64,000 nt of DNA, taken from assembly GCF_000002075.1 (NCBI RefSeq), contig NW_004797277.1, positions 271,540 to 335,539 on the forward strand, written 5' to 3'. The position numbers and the translations under genes were made by a program. The DNA comes from Aplysia californica. Taxonomy: Eukaryota. The notes beneath the pieces were generated by a model, which saw only the letters and a program-made list of their open reading frames with translations, did no database searches and was not told where the DNA came from. Below are positions 37,960 through 51,669 of the stretch, piece by piece (position 1 is the stretch's first letter; each line of letters opens with the position of its first letter).

Positions 37960-40560
37960 TACGTAATTAACAGATTGGCAAGGATTCAAGATACAACAAA
38001 AAAGGTGTTTGGTATGGAAATATCAGAGGCATTTTACTGTTTGCAACAAAAAAACCCCCAAAAAACCCTGGATCTATAACAGCAACAAAAGCCACATGCA
38101 GACTCAGGCAGTAGTTGACTGAACTATTATGACAGGTGTCATTGTCATTTTATAGATGTCAAAACATTTTACACCACATTTTGTTATTGAATTGTTTGTT
38201 TTTTGTTGATAGTTTTAAGTTTCTGAATGTGAGAGTAGGTGTCACAATTTTCAAACTCTCGACTTGCATTCCTAAAATAAAGCTATTTGTTTTGCCCGGA
38301 AAGTGTCTGTGCTGTATGACAATGGCCGTATTTACTTGTATGAAAGATAGATGACACAATTATTGAGTTAATGTGTGTCTTTTGTTGTGTATTTTAGTGC
38401 ATACAGAACTGCATTTGTATTAGTCAGTTTGGGTAGATAAAGGGATGTGATTATATTTGAAGTTTGACTCACTAGTTGATATGATACATCGTGCCATGCA
38501 GGCTTTTCATTGTAAAGCAAACTTTCTGAGAAAAAAATATAGTCTAAACTGCAAAGTATGATAGGATTTGCGTCAAATGTCAAGGAGTCCTAAAGATAAT
38601 ATCAATTTAATGATAACGATCAGTTTCCACTTACGTTTGTAACATGATCAGTTGGTACATTAAAGCATAGTTTTATTTGAAAGTTGCACCATTACTTCAT
38701 TTGTAAAACAGAACTGTTCTGCACCTTCTAAGTAAATTTTGTTCTGTTTCTCACACAGAAATTATTCCAAGAGTCTCTACAACTTTTCTTTACTGTAAGG
38801 GATGATCAGTGTCACTGAGGTCCTGGGAATGATATTTGTGTACTAGCTTTATGCTCTCAAAACTCATTTTACAAAGCGTTGCTTATCACTAATATCACAC
38901 TCCCCAATCCACCTCTGCCATAACCCTCATTCTAATGGGTCTTGACTCAGGCAGGGAACTATTACTAATTACACCGAAAGCAAAGAGAAGATGATTTTTT
39001 CCCGAACTAGAACAACCTTCCTTGTGCTGTCCAAGTTATTGACCAGAGACAAGAATATATGGCATTTGGAATTCTCAGGCTCCAGTATCATAATACCAAG
39101 TTTAGGGACTGCTAAAGTCGCTTGTAATGGTTCTTTTGCCATAGCACATAGAATGAGGAGGGTGGGGATGGGAAGGGCTGAGTGGTAGCAAATTTTTCTT
39201 CTTTTTGTTTGCTTGAAAATATGTGAGTACAGGTTGCTCTGTCATGAGCTGGCCGTGCATTTTCTGTTTTATTTACTTCGTCTGACCTGACTTGGACCCT
39301 ACCTAAAGATAATCATATTTTAGAATAAAGTTACTTTGCAGGTATAGTAAATGCTTCTTTCTCATCTCCTGGAACTTCCCCCCCCCTCCCCCCGGCTCTT
39401 TATTTTGTTAGTAATAATCGGTTACTGTTGCTTTTAAAATGACTTTTCAAATCATTTGATTTCTTTTCTCTGAAACTTGACAAAAATGTTTAAAAGTGGT
39501 TTTATGTGTACTGTTTTGGGAGACAATAGTGACCCCGATGTACTCTCTTACATATATTTTCCTGCCTTAACTGTAACAGCATATTTTCCGGTTATTTCCT
39601 CATGTGTTGCGAGTTCAGATTTTCAGTGGAAAGTGATGTTAGCCAATTTTGAACAACTTAAGTTGATGTACTTGTTTTTTTCTTTAGTTCTGCCATTGTC
39701 ACGAAGTGAAGTTATCAACAATTCTGTTGTTTTGTACAGTTATGTGTTGTAAATGACAATGTGTATGTTTTCATCAAACATTCATGCTAATGTTCATTGT
39801 TGTTCCAGTAAATGAATGTCATTGGTAAATCATTGGTCTGTTTTGTGAATGGAATGAATCATGAAATTTTAAGGCTTTGTAATATACTATTTTCAATGTA
39901 ATGCAAGAGGCAGGATTCATTCACTGCTTTCTGTAAAGCAACAAAGTTACATATTAAAACAAAGCTTGTTATGGAACTCAGTCCTGTGTTGGATTTGTTT
40001 GAATTTTTAATGGGAGGAACTACCCTTGAGGACCATTTTCTATGTTTGTTGCCCGAGATCAAGTTAGACATAGTAAAATCTCTTAATACACAATTTTATT
40101 TTGGCATAGCTACAGCGGTTGCTATGGAAATGGCCGCCATCTTGAAAATAAACAATGAATTTCAAATCCCTAAGGCTTTCTTATTTACGGACCAAATTTG
40201 GTGAGAGTACAATGTATATATATATATCTGAACCAGACCCTATCAGAGTAACTACTAACCAGCAAGTTTTTTTTCAATAAGTGCAAAAGAAGAAAAAAAA
40301 GAGAATTTTCCCAAAGTATAACAAAATGTTTACTAAATTTAGGTTGCGTAATCACTTGCCAATGGAAAAGTGTTATTTTTTTCGCAAATATCTCTCTGTT
40401 AGTCGTTGAAGGCAGCCTTGCTATCTATGTTTCCTGAAAATTTCATGTCAAAAGGATGAAAACTAAGGAAGGAGTAGGGAAAAAGCTGCAAAAAGTTTCA
40501 TTTTGTGAAAACTCACTATATTAATCTATCCTCATGTTTTCAAAGGCAGTTTACCAGGAA

Positions 40561-40910
40561 AATAATAATAATAATAATAAATAGCATTTGTATAGCGCAT
40601 ATCCTCGCTCAACAGCAGGCTCTATGCGCTTTACACTATATTATTACCCCAGCAGACCATAGAACACTCCGAAACATTCTCAGCTTCCCAGGAAGCATAC
40701 AGTGCAAGCAGCTGATTAAGCGCTCAAACACTAACAAACTGACAAGATCTTTCGCTGTCTATAGCCGGGTGCCCATTCCCACCTGGGTGAAGTGAGGAAA
40801 ATTCGTGTAAAATGCCTTTCCCAAGGACATAACGTCGGGTCCTTGACGGGATTCGAACCCACGACCTTACGGTTGCGAGTCCGAGAGCCTAACCACTAGG
40901 CTACCGACGA
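40561..40910 (-). mobile_element. Full-length tRNA-derived SINE with L2-like tail and (TTA)n end
   Basis: A box TAGCCTAGTGG; B box GGTTCGAATCCC; central gtccttgggaaaggca...cacccaggtgggaatggg domain; partial copy at ~57860-57965. Confidence 0.9.
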
Positions 40911-41332
40911 ATAAAGACTTTCTCAGTTGTATTCAAGCTATTTTTAGACAAAAAACTGGTTGATCTTCAAAAATCAGCTAACATAAAATTTGCATAGCCT
41001 GACTCAAAATCTGCAAAATCAAGGGTCACCCCTTAAAGCCGTTTTCTCAGTGATTTCTAATATTGCTACTATGGTCAACCCATTTGAATGCTGTTTAAGC
41101 ATCACAGTTGTTCATTGGTTATCTCAACTGCCATGACTTTGGGGAGGGAGTGTCCGGTATGTTTTTAAGGGCTTTTTTTTTCAATGATTGCTGTGTTAAT
41201 GTTCCTGACTTAAAGTAAAGTTTAAGACTTGTCCGTCATTATGATGTGGCTAGGTATAGACTAAACCAACTCTCGAAAATTTGCGGATTGAATCCATGTG
41301 GGGTCTAAATATTTCTCACCATGTCTGTAATA

Positions 41333-41869
41333 CAGTGGAATCCTGCTATAACGAGAAGGAGGGGACCGGTGCGAAATGTCCGTTATACAAGGATTCTCGT
41401 TATAAGGAATCCAGTAATAAATTCAATGGAAACAATAAAGTAGGCCTAATCTATGAGTTTGGTGTTCTGTTTATTTCTTTTTGTTATCTCCACTGATGAT
41501 GACATTGTTCTACATGACCTCTAGGTCTTAGGCCCCTACTTGATCAAAAATCGAATCGGGTTTCTTTCTCTACCGCTAGCGATGTTGACAGCACGGCGTT
41601 GGCGATCAGAAAGAATGCGCTCTGGGCTAACTGGCCAGCTGTGTTGTCCCCCACCCCACCACACCCCGTGGTGTGTTTAGTCTGCTTACTGGCCTGTGCG
41701 CTGTGACAGCAGCAGCAGTATTCTGCTATAACCGACTCCCATGTTTGTCCGATAGTACTATAGCAGTATTTTATTTACAAAGATAAAGAAGGGAAAAAAA
41801 CGGGGTTTTCGAATAGTGTCTTTATAACAGACTTCTCGTTTCAGGACTCGTTATAAGTGGACTCCACTG
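41333..41869. mobile_element. Tc1/mariner (Tigger-like) MITE
   Basis: TA|CAGTGGAATCC ... GGACTCCACTG|TA with subterminal ttataac repeats. Confidence 0.85.
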
Positions 41870-42336
41870 TATTTCTCTCTGCCCAGTGCCATGACATGTG
41901 ATCAAGTCCTCACCAGCAAAAAAAACTTAGTTCGCAAAAGTTGTGATAGGTGAGGGATGGGCAAAACATTTCAGATGGGGGCGGGTGGCTGGAGAGCACC
42001 ACTGGTTGGTCATACTTCTTGACTTTCCCTCTGTTATTTCTGTCTTTTCGTCTGTCCGTTTTACTTTTTCCCACCACTAAGTGACCATTGTGTCGATGTG
42101 CTTCTCTTTACTCAAACAATCAAGATGAGGTAGGGAATACTTCAACACGGTTTTGAACAGCATACTATAAGTATAAGTTATAAAACTAGACAAAGAATGC
42201 TTGATGGCCTTACTTTGGTATCTTTTTAAAAAAAGTTTTTTTTTCCGTTGATGGCTTGGTCGTCGTTAGACATTGAAGGACGAACTATTGACGCTAATAA
42301 TGCTATTTATTAGTAGTAGTTGTAGTAGCAGTAGCA

Positions 42337-43168
42337 CAGTGGAACTCGGATTAAACGAAGTCGTCAGGCATGACCTTTAATTTAGTTGAATCCGAGTGTT
42401 CATTATAGTTATAGCAAACATGAGGTTTTTGATTAGATAATTACAGGTACAGCGCAAGTAATGTATAATAATGTATTTTCTCAATCAGAAGTAGTTTGGT
42501 TTTAAATGAGAGACATTTTTGTTTCTTTAATACCGAAGAAATACTGGAGAATTCCAGGAAAATACACTGAACTCTACCAAGCACAAACTGAAAAAGGACA
42601 GATTCCTTCAAATGCATGCCTGTGTCATCTATCATCTATAACATATTATTTGCCAAACAAGTTATGTTGCTGTGTATAGCGTAGCATACAGCAACGTTTG
42701 ATTCCACAGTCCAGCGCGCAATTCATTACATAGATCTATGTCAAAATTAGCTTATTATTGTAATATTGATCTGTAGCTTGGGAAAAATTACTGTGTCGCG
42801 TTTCTGTCTCTACTGACGTTTCACACCCACGCCGCTTGTGCCCCCTCCCCCCATCCCCCCAGACACACGCACATAAAGTCACGCGTCACATGTGTGCTAG
42901 CCGCCCGTCCCACCCTGACACACGCTAAGACATGGGTGCATGCTTTAAAAACACGTGTGTTGGTATGAAAGGAGGCCGCTGATTGGTCTCATAAAGCAGT
43001 TCATATTGCACGTGACTTCGTTGAATCCGAGCAAGCAAATTTATGTGTTCGTAAAAATCCCGAGTTATTTTTATTGATTTTTTTAAATTAAAAAAACCGG
43101 AAATGCAATTCCTTTAGTTGAATCAGAGTTTTTGTTGAATCAGAGTTCGTTGAAAAAGAATTCCACTG
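42337..43168. mobile_element. Tc1/mariner (Tigger-like) MITE
   Basis: CAGTGGAACTC ... GAATTCCACTG|TA with subterminal gttgaatc repeats. Confidence 0.8.
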
Positions 43169-44920
43169 TAGTACTAGTACTAACTACCACGACCGGTACT
43201 ATTATTATTACCATTATTATTTTGAGATTTTTATTATTATAATTATCATCATCATCATTATTATTGTTGTTGTTATTATTATTATTAGGCTAATATTTTT
43301 ATTAACATTATTATAATGAATATAGCGTTAATTCATAATTGCTTTTTTTGCTTCTATATTGCTGTCAGAGGGCCAATTTTTCTTTAACTCTTTGTCTATG
43401 TGAATTTTAAAAATTTTGTTTTTTTTAGAACTGGGTGTTTTCACAGGAAGTGGCAGAACCAGCATGGTACAAGGGATGGAAAGATGGGTTATTAACCAAA
43501 TGAACACCAGAATGATCAGCAGATGGACTCTGAGGTGGATATTTGATCGGGGAGCAGAGCACTCATGGCAATGACCGGAGTGCTATGATGTTGTTCCCAG
43601 GATCAAGTAATCAAATAATCAAGTAATGGTTATTTTACGATTGAAGATACACTGCTTTGGAACATTATTTTTTTTAATGTACAATTCAGTTTTCGTTTTC
43701 CATTCTGTTTTCCTTTTCTGCAACTTAAAAAGGCAGGCAATAACATACAACATACCATGAAATGTGCAAATTTGTGTGATGGTTCAGAATGTGCCGCAAC
43801 ACTCCCCCTGGTCTACTGCTGGTCAGAAATATTATGTTTTCTACCTCCGTAGAGTGTTAAGAACTTTTTCCACTTTGGGACTAACTCAGTAAAGAGTAGA
43901 GATGAACATGTTCCGACTGTAAAGACCCCAACACTGTGGACAAGGTGTGACAAGGTGTTCAGTAAAGAGTGCAAAGGTGGCTGGGGTCATATCTAGCTCA
44001 ACTACATTGCGGGTGACTCTGTTTCAAAGCCCTAACTGGGAATCTTGAAGTTGGGTTGTTTGAAGAGTTTTCAATTTCAAGGCTGTCAACCCACTTGACG
44101 AGATTCTATTGGAGGTCCCGCCTCTTAAAGGTTCATTCAGTGTTTATAGGGGTATTACCTTTTTTAAACCTTCTCCACACTTTCACGCAGTTGTAATCAA
44201 AGATAGTACAAGACAAGATGGGCCACTTCTCTCTTTGAGCCAATTAAAAAAGTGTCCTCAAAATTTGGTGGCGCCCTCTTCACAAAAGCGCACTCTTTGC
44301 GAACAGAGTTACCCTACTTGAGTTTTTAAAAATCAAAGTGAAACTAGCATGTTTTGGGATAAATTTCGGAAGAACGCTTTTTTTAAATGGTTACGCTGAC
44401 AAAAAACCTTTTCCGGAGGAAAGGGTGATGGTTTTCTTCTTTTAATTTGACTTTAGAATGAAAGGCGAGAGGTCATTAAAATTTAAAAAACCCTAAAACT
44501 ACGCACTGAACGTACCCGAACTGCTGATGAACAGCAGTCGATCTGCGCACGCACGAAGGTGCTATTCCTATTCTTCTTCTGGAAAAACGAAAGAGAGCTT
44601 CAAAACAGACTGCAGCGCCATCTGAAGCAAAGAGCATACTTCCTGCGGACACTTTTTTGGCTGAGTGAACCATCTTGTTATGTACTATCATTGTTGTAAT
44701 TAAATGATATAAGGTAAGCGATGAATAACTTAATAAACTGTTTGCTTTTTTTTCTTTGTTCTTCATAACTGTAGTAGTAAAATGTGGCAAACTGTTCTCT
44801 GCCACAATTGATCTCATTGGTCAAAGAGGCTTAGCCACAAGTCATTGTAATCCTTCTTTCTTCTTCTCTCCTCTGATATGCGTTGGTCATCATCGGGTAT
44901 TGACGGATGAACTATTAATA

Positions 44921-45327
44921 TATGTCACGACTCCGTGGAATCAGGCGCTCGTCAATTTTTGGGCATGTGGAGTTATTGGTGTTACTATAAAGCTTGTTCA
45001 ATTGTCTATCTTTAGTTGAAAAAAGTATTCATCTATCTTTAATCGAAGTCGAAATATTTGTGATTGAAGGAAGTAGGGTAGATTTCAGATGTAAAATAAA
45101 CGAGAAAATGGCTACCAAAGCTTGGTATCTTTTAATGCATGAGAGTCCTTGAAAACTGAAAATTTACATTTTTTGTACCTTTAATCAAAGTTTTTCAGAA
45201 TAATCCATACGAAAATGTGTTTTTAAATGGATATAAAAGCTGTTCAGCTAAAAAACTAAAATTTTATAAAAATTGCCATTGATTTCATTATTTGGACGAG
45301 AGCTTGATTTCACCATGCTGCCTCACA
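44921..45327 (-). mobile_element. MITE family A copy
   Basis: Both TIRs present. Confidence 0.85.
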
Positions 45328-46032
45328 TATTATTCATAATTTAGTGGTGATTTATAATAGCCACACAAGACAGTTCAAGACCTTGAGATTTTAAAAAAGT
45401 ACAATGACTCCGTGGACTATATCGGCAATAGATTTATTTGGCAATAAAGGGGCTAATAGTCTAAAAAGAAATACAGAAACAAAGCTTATAACAAAGAACG
45501 GGAGGGGAAAAAATGATAAAAGGAAGTTTCTATTCTCAAAATGTTTTCAAAACTTTTGTTTTCCCTTTTGGTAGAGAATAAGGGATTAAAGATTTAGTTT
45601 AATTGATCTCTATAAGTTATGGCAGAGTACATGAACATTGTATTCCTCCAGATAAGACTTTGAAAAGTTAGGTTTAATTGCTGATTTTTTGGTCGATATT
45701 TTTGCATACGTAATTGTCATTGAAAGTGAACATTTGTCTCTGTTGATCTCTAAGTTATATCACCAAAAAAATTGTCCTCCAAATTAATTTTTTAAAATAT
45801 AAATATTTAGGATTCTCTGTAGATTTTCATTCCTTTTTCATAGAATATTGACATTTTCATTGTTTAATAAAATTCAATAACACAATATGAAATAATTATC
45901 ACTGAATTTGAAACAAAAGCTAATATAAGAAGCAATAACAAAAATTAAGAAATAAAAATTTAAAATGGCATATCTAAGAAAAGTTTTCTCTCATGTAAGA
46001 GTCTTATTTCCTGTTCAGCTGAAATCTTGTGA

Positions 46033-46180
46033 TTATGGTGAATTGGGGTTTCTGGGCTTCTCTAGGAAGTAGTCTCTGTTGTAGGCGGGGATGGGCTGAC
46101 CATGGAAGACGTCAGAGGAGTAGCTACTGTTGTCGTAGCTTGGAGGGTCGTCACGTCTCTCTCTGCGGTTGGATTTACGT
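46033..46180 (-). CDS. VWDE-like membrane protein, last exon (cytoplasmic tail)
   Basis: ccacag acceptor, phase 2: RRKSNRRERRDDPPSYDNSSYSSDVFHGQPIPAYNRDYFLEKPRNPNSP-TAA; basic stop-transfer segment; AATAAA near 45433. Confidence 0.82.
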
Positions 46181-47791
46181 CTGTGGACAGATTGGTTGAA
46201 AAGTATGACCATAACTCTTTTATGCCCCCATCGATAAAATTTTCATAATTTGAAAAGGGAGATGTTTTGACCTTCCTTGCCACAGCCAGTCCAGGCAATA
46301 TGGAACACACATGTCAACAGAAAGACAGCCTACCTATAAAATACTTCCAGCATGAGAATCGAACTTGTTCGTTTTAAGTGCATGGCATCATTGTAACAAA
46401 GTAATAAGCCTTGTTACTCATTATATTTTTTCCTTTGCTTGGTCTACATGTATTTCTATGGTCTAAGACATGCTCTATATCAACAGAACATTTTAGTGGT
46501 CTGGGCAGTACACAGAAGACGTGTAAGACCATAGAAGGACAAGCGTAAAAGAAAGAACAAAAGTCAGAAGGACACAAATACACAAGTCAATTTGCCTACA
46601 TCGACATATCTCCTGAAACTGTCCTGCTACATCCTGTAGTTAAAGCCTCCAAGGATCGACCCCCCCCCCTCCCCCATATATATAAGTTAACACCACATAG
46701 CAAAAACCATAGGGTTATCACCTTTTTAAACTAGAGTCCGTACGAGGTCACGTGACACTGAAACTTTTGAGTTCGTTGGCGGTCATTTTTGTTTGGGCTA
46801 AAACGTTTGTTTACACGTGAGTGGGCGTGTCTCTGCCCTTATGTGTTTTATTTGATTCTAACGTTGTGTTTTCATCCAAAGTGAAGCAACTTGCTGTACT
46901 ATTTTTAGCACGCTTCTCAACACGCAAGTCCTCTACGCCTGCCTATAAGTCCTAGGCCTAGCTAGGCTTGTGTGGAGCGGGTGAGAGGAAGGGTAATGCA
47001 TCTCACGATTGGCCGCCCAACCCCTCTTTGCAAAGGACTGTGTGCTTGGTAAGAGAGGCGGGGTAGGGCTTCATTGTTTTGTCACCTTGATGTGGATTAG
47101 TATTTTGATATTGTCAAATTGTTTATGTTTTAGAAAAAATTTTAAAAGGCACTGTTCGATTGGTGCAGACTAAAGACCACTTACAATGACCGGCGCAATT
47201 TAACTGTCTTGGAACAGGTAGGCTCATTACCTATCGAACTTGAAAGCGTTGCTCATTGTGTTTCTCATTCTCAGTCTGTCAATTTCAAATTCAAGTTAAT
47301 AGTAAGCACAAGTCTAATCTATTTGATCTAGGATAATGGTCGAAAAAAGAAAAATATCTGCTTCGACCCAATCTTTGTTGCTTCCCTTGATTTTCTGATA
47401 CTGCCAATACCATAACACTGTTCACGTATCCCGCGAACTATGGATCCCTCAAACTATCGGCCGGTCCCGATAGACTTGAACTATCCGTGTTATATTGTAG
47501 TTGTAATTGCCTCTCGAGGAAAAATTATAATCTGCATTGACAAATGGATTAAACCAGACTTATCTGAACATCATCTTCATATTTATCACATTTCTGGACA
47601 GAAATTGCCATTTTTCTTCAGGAGAGGCGGTTACAACAGCATCAACCCCAACGTTCAAGTGAATTTTCACTACAACAACGTTTAACAACCTTATCCAATA
47701 TGAAAGACATGTCGTATACTTAACTAACACTAACATCTGGCACCCATACAAACAGGACACACGACAAAGCAAGACCAATCTGAAACTATAC

Positions 47792-47936
47792 CTTTTAGCG
47801 AGTAAGTAGATCGCCACAGCCAACAGGATCACAAGCATGAGCACAGCACACCCAGCCCCGATGAGAGCATTCCTCAAAATGTGGGAACCATCATCATCCT
47901 TCGCATCATCGAGGTGCTGCTTACAGTGCGCCAGGT
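47792..47936 (-). CDS. VWDE-like protein, transmembrane exon
   Basis: DLAHCKQHLDD...ALIGAGCAVLMLVILLAVAIYLLAK; phase 1-2. Confidence 0.88.
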
Positions 47937-48574
47937 CTGTTCACAAGGATTAGAATTAATTTGTTTAGTTTTTGTAAGAGTTTTATGGCATTTGCAACAT
48001 GAATAAGTCATACAAGTGTCGAAGATTAGAAGTAATAGAAGTGTAACTAGGAAGTAACAGGCAAAGGAAAGGAGGAGAGATTTTGGATGATAAATGTTTG
48101 ATAGGAAAGAAGGAGCAAACCACACCAGAGCACCCGTTAACCACTCAGTAAAATAGATTATAACTACCTGGGCCCCCTTTTGATGAAAGAAACGATCGGT
48201 GCTTTAATATCAACTAAAAGTCATTGGCCTACTATATTTACACTCTACTGGAATGGGGCATTAAATCTTGAGAGATGCAAAAAATTATGAGGTCTAGATC
48301 TATACTTTCAAAACAAAATGCGCCTCGCGAAATATCACTTCCCGATTTTCTAAAATTACCAAGACAGAAGCGTCGGCCTACAAAAGTGATCGGCGAAATA
48401 TAGAAATTCAGCTTTTTGCAGCAAAACTGTCTCAAAACTGAAAAAAACAAGGGCGTCATGCTCTGGAGAATATTTTATAGAATCTTTTGGCGAAAACCGT
48501 ATGTCGATCGAAGCTGCCATTAAAAAGCCCTTTGAATAGCAAAATTCGGCCACCACAAATTGATAATAGATGCT

Positions 48575-48805
48575 GACATGGTGGTGGTGGGGGTGGTGGT
48601 TAAGCTGGAGGTTGAGGTGGTGGTTGAGATGGTGGCAATGAAGAAGATTTTGGTTAAGGATTCAGTGGCTGCTTCTGCTGCAGTATTGTTGCTGTAGCTG
48701 CTTCTGCTGCAGATGATGATGATGAGCAACAGGATGATGAGGAGGAAGACGAAGAGGAGGATGTGGCTAGGAGGAAGAAGTGGCGAGGAGGAAGAAGAGA
48801 AAAAA
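48575..48805. repeat. Mixed trinucleotide low-complexity repeat (GGT/GCT/GAT/GAG)
   Basis: Direct reading. Confidence 0.8.
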
Positions 48806-49261
48806 GATTTTAAAATTGTTTGGATTTTTTGTTTTTTTTGTTAGTTTGTTTCTTTGTTGAGGAAGGATTTATGAAAAAAAGCAGGAGATGATGGTTGCAC
48901 TGTTGTTGAATGACTTGAATTTGCAAATTCACTACACATTTACTTCAATGAAAAATGATGTGGAAAAGACAGTGCTTCAATTCATTCAAATAACAAGGTG
49001 GGAACTAATTGGGGCACTGTTTAATTAAAGGTCTTTGGTTACTCTATGTGGTTCTTATACTGTTCCTTTCATAAGAAACAAAATCAATAGTATATGCATA
49101 AGATTTCTAGTTGATGTATTTTTCATTTAATAAAAACTGGAAATCTATAACACATGTGTATAAGTTTTCTATTTGACATTCTATTCCTTTCATAAAAAAC
49201 GGAAATCTATAACTCATGTATAAGATTTCTATTCGACCCACAAGAGCGAGAATGCACTTAC

Positions 49262-49373
49262 CTCCCCGAATTGACCACTTTGTTGGCTGATTCGGGTCAC
49301 AGAAGAAGCAGTCATCATAGACAGACACATCACCAGCTCTTACACACTTGTTGCCGATGGTGCACACATTATC
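49262..49373 (-). CDS. VWDE: VWDE-like protein exon
   Basis: DNVCTIGNKCVRAGDVSVYDDCFFCDPNQPTKWSIRG, the Cys-rich module of VWDE proteins. Confidence 0.9.
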
Positions 49374-49724
49374 CTTAAAGAACGATAAATGTTTTAGGCA
49401 TATTGGTATATTTATACATGTTGGTCAATAAATAGGCTAGCATTATCAAGTAGATGGATGAACCTGGTTTTAGACTTTGTCAGCCTTGGGTGCTTTCAAG
49501 AATTGACCAAAGTGGAATATTTCTGATTTTCTTTTTTTTTTCTTCTTCAGATTTTCTGCCTCATCATAGTTTCATGAAATAAACCACACTTATTGGTAGT
49601 AATTTTCAAGAGTGACATGATAGACTAGAGATGCCTTGCACTTTCAACTTATTTCAAGACATTATAGAGGAAAACAACATGTTTTTTGTTGTTCTTTTCT
49701 TAAAATAAACCCAAACACATAAAC

Positions 49725-50015
49725 AATCATACAAACACACACACACACATGCACGCGCACACACAGATACACACACACACACACACAAACACTTACAAGT
49801 ATACACACACACGTAGGAATGTAAGCCGAGAAAGGGGGATAGGAAGAGAAAGAGAAGACATAATTAAGGGAGAGAGAATAAATGGAAGCAAGAGAACGAG
49901 AGACACAAAGAGAGAGAGAGAGAGAAAGCAAGAGAACGAGAGACACAAAGAGAGAGAGAGAACGACAGACACATTGAGAGAGAGAGAGAGAGAGAGAGAG
50001 AGTGAGAGAGAGAGA
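49725..50015. repeat. (CA)n/(GA)n compound microsatellite
   Basis: Direct reading. Confidence 0.9.
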
Positions 50016-50139
50016 TAAGGTTTCAGTTGAAGGACAAAAAAAAACGTCTACAACATACCTAGCGTTTTAGCATGACTAAATTTTATAAGAGATTACGTTT
50101 TTTGTGCTAGTCATTGTGCAAGTAAACAGAAATTCTCAC

Positions 50140-50367
50140 CTTCTCAATGCAGGTGTTGCCATCGCATGAGTGGCATACTGGGTCATATGCTATAAAGAGC
50201 TGATAGTCAGGATATTCTTGCTGTCCATCGTTACTAACGGATACCTCCAGAGTGCGTTTAGTGGAGCGCCTCTCTCCGTAAGAGCAACGGACCTGGTCAA
50301 CACTAATCAGCTCACCCTTCCTCTCAAACTTAGACCCTGGAACATGGCTCAAACCTGTTTCTGTGAT
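50140..50367 (-). CDS. VWDE: VWDE-like protein exon
   Basis: ITETG...QVRC...EVSVSNDG...AYDPVCHSC...CIEK; phase 0-0. Confidence 0.92.
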
Positions 50368-50910
50368 CTGTTGGGAAATGGGAAATTGATTTCAGTATTG
50401 CATGTCGTTTAAGTCTTCTTTTTCATTTGAGCCGAGTTCCAATTTGTCCACATAGAAACAATTATGAAGCGGTGTGAAGTTTTTCCACACAATCTTCTTA
50501 TTGACAAAACACTTTAAATATCCCTTTTTCAAAAAGATTACATTGTTGTTATGTAAGAAATAGCTCAAACCTGCATAGAAAAAAGATATACAGATTTTTC
50601 CAGAAATGCTGTCCTGGTGTATAAAGCTTCAAACAGAATAAACATCTAAAATCTAATACAAAACATTTTGAAGTGCCCTTTTCAGATATATGTCTTCAGA
50701 ACCATTAAACATTGAGCCCTCCCCCCTGATCATGTCTTGCATTCATGGTCAGTGAACTGAAGGGCATCCAAGTCCCTCAGCAATGGTATGAAGATAAACA
50801 GGTTTAGTTTAGACTAGAATTTATTGTAACAAAGAAGCTGTTCTTTTAACTTCACTTAATAGAACTGCAGTAGACTTGTTCAAATATCCTGAGCTCCTAT
50901 TGTTTCCTAC

Positions 50911-51113
50911 CTCAACCTCTCTGAAGTGGCAAGTCAAGAATCTGGAATCGACGAAGTTTTGGCCAGTGATGTAGACAGCAGAGCAGTTGGAGTTCAGTCC
51001 CATTTGGCACATGCTGAAACCGTCCTCAGGGGCTACCAGTTTTGGCACGGGTATGTTGGTCACACGATGCTGACAGCCAGTGCCCACAAAGTCTGCCTCA
51101 CACCTACATTGAC
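50911..51113 (-). CDS. VWDE: VWDE-like protein exon (EGF end plus following module)
   Basis: GQCRCEADFVGTGC...C...C.AVYITGQNFVDSRFLTCHFREVE. Confidence 0.92.
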
Positions 51114-51669
51114 CTGCACGAAGAATTTATTTTTTAAAACTAATGGCTAATTTAAAACAAGAAGGAAGGAAGATGCCACGACTATTTTATTTTTGGGGTT
51201 CGTTTATTTTGTTTGAGGCTGGATTTTTTTAGCTCATCAGAGTCATCAGTTTTCTAGTTTGTTTTGGGAGGGGTTTTTTTTGCTTTTTTGTTTTTCTTTT
51301 GTTAGTCTTTCAAGTTTTTAAAAGTTGTTTCTTTGCTTGCTTTTTCATTGTTGTTTAAATTTAAGAGAGTAAAAAGCTGAGATTTTAAGAAGAATTAGTG
51401 AGAAAGAAGAGGGGAGGGATGCATTTTTTCGAACCCATTCTGCCTCATACAAGGAAACATAATACCTTCCCTGGAGATGTGCTCAGCCAGATTGGGAGGA
51501 AGGTGTGGGGCTGGGGGGTGAATATCCCTTTTAAGATGCAAAACCATTTTTTTGCTATCAACCAATGTTTAGATGGGTTTTCTCCATGATTATTTTTTTA
51601 AAGTTACAGAATGAATTTCAGCTTCAAAATTTAAAGTTATACAATACAAAAATAGAAGGGCATAATACA

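Noticed and set aside
40835-40910. tRNA gene
   Set aside because: tRNA-like head continues into a SINE body and tail present in other copies; no proper acceptor stem
46062-46310. Thr-rich 82-aa ORF from the track
   Set aside because: Wrong frame; the splice phase from the TM exon selects the RRKSNRR...PPSY frame
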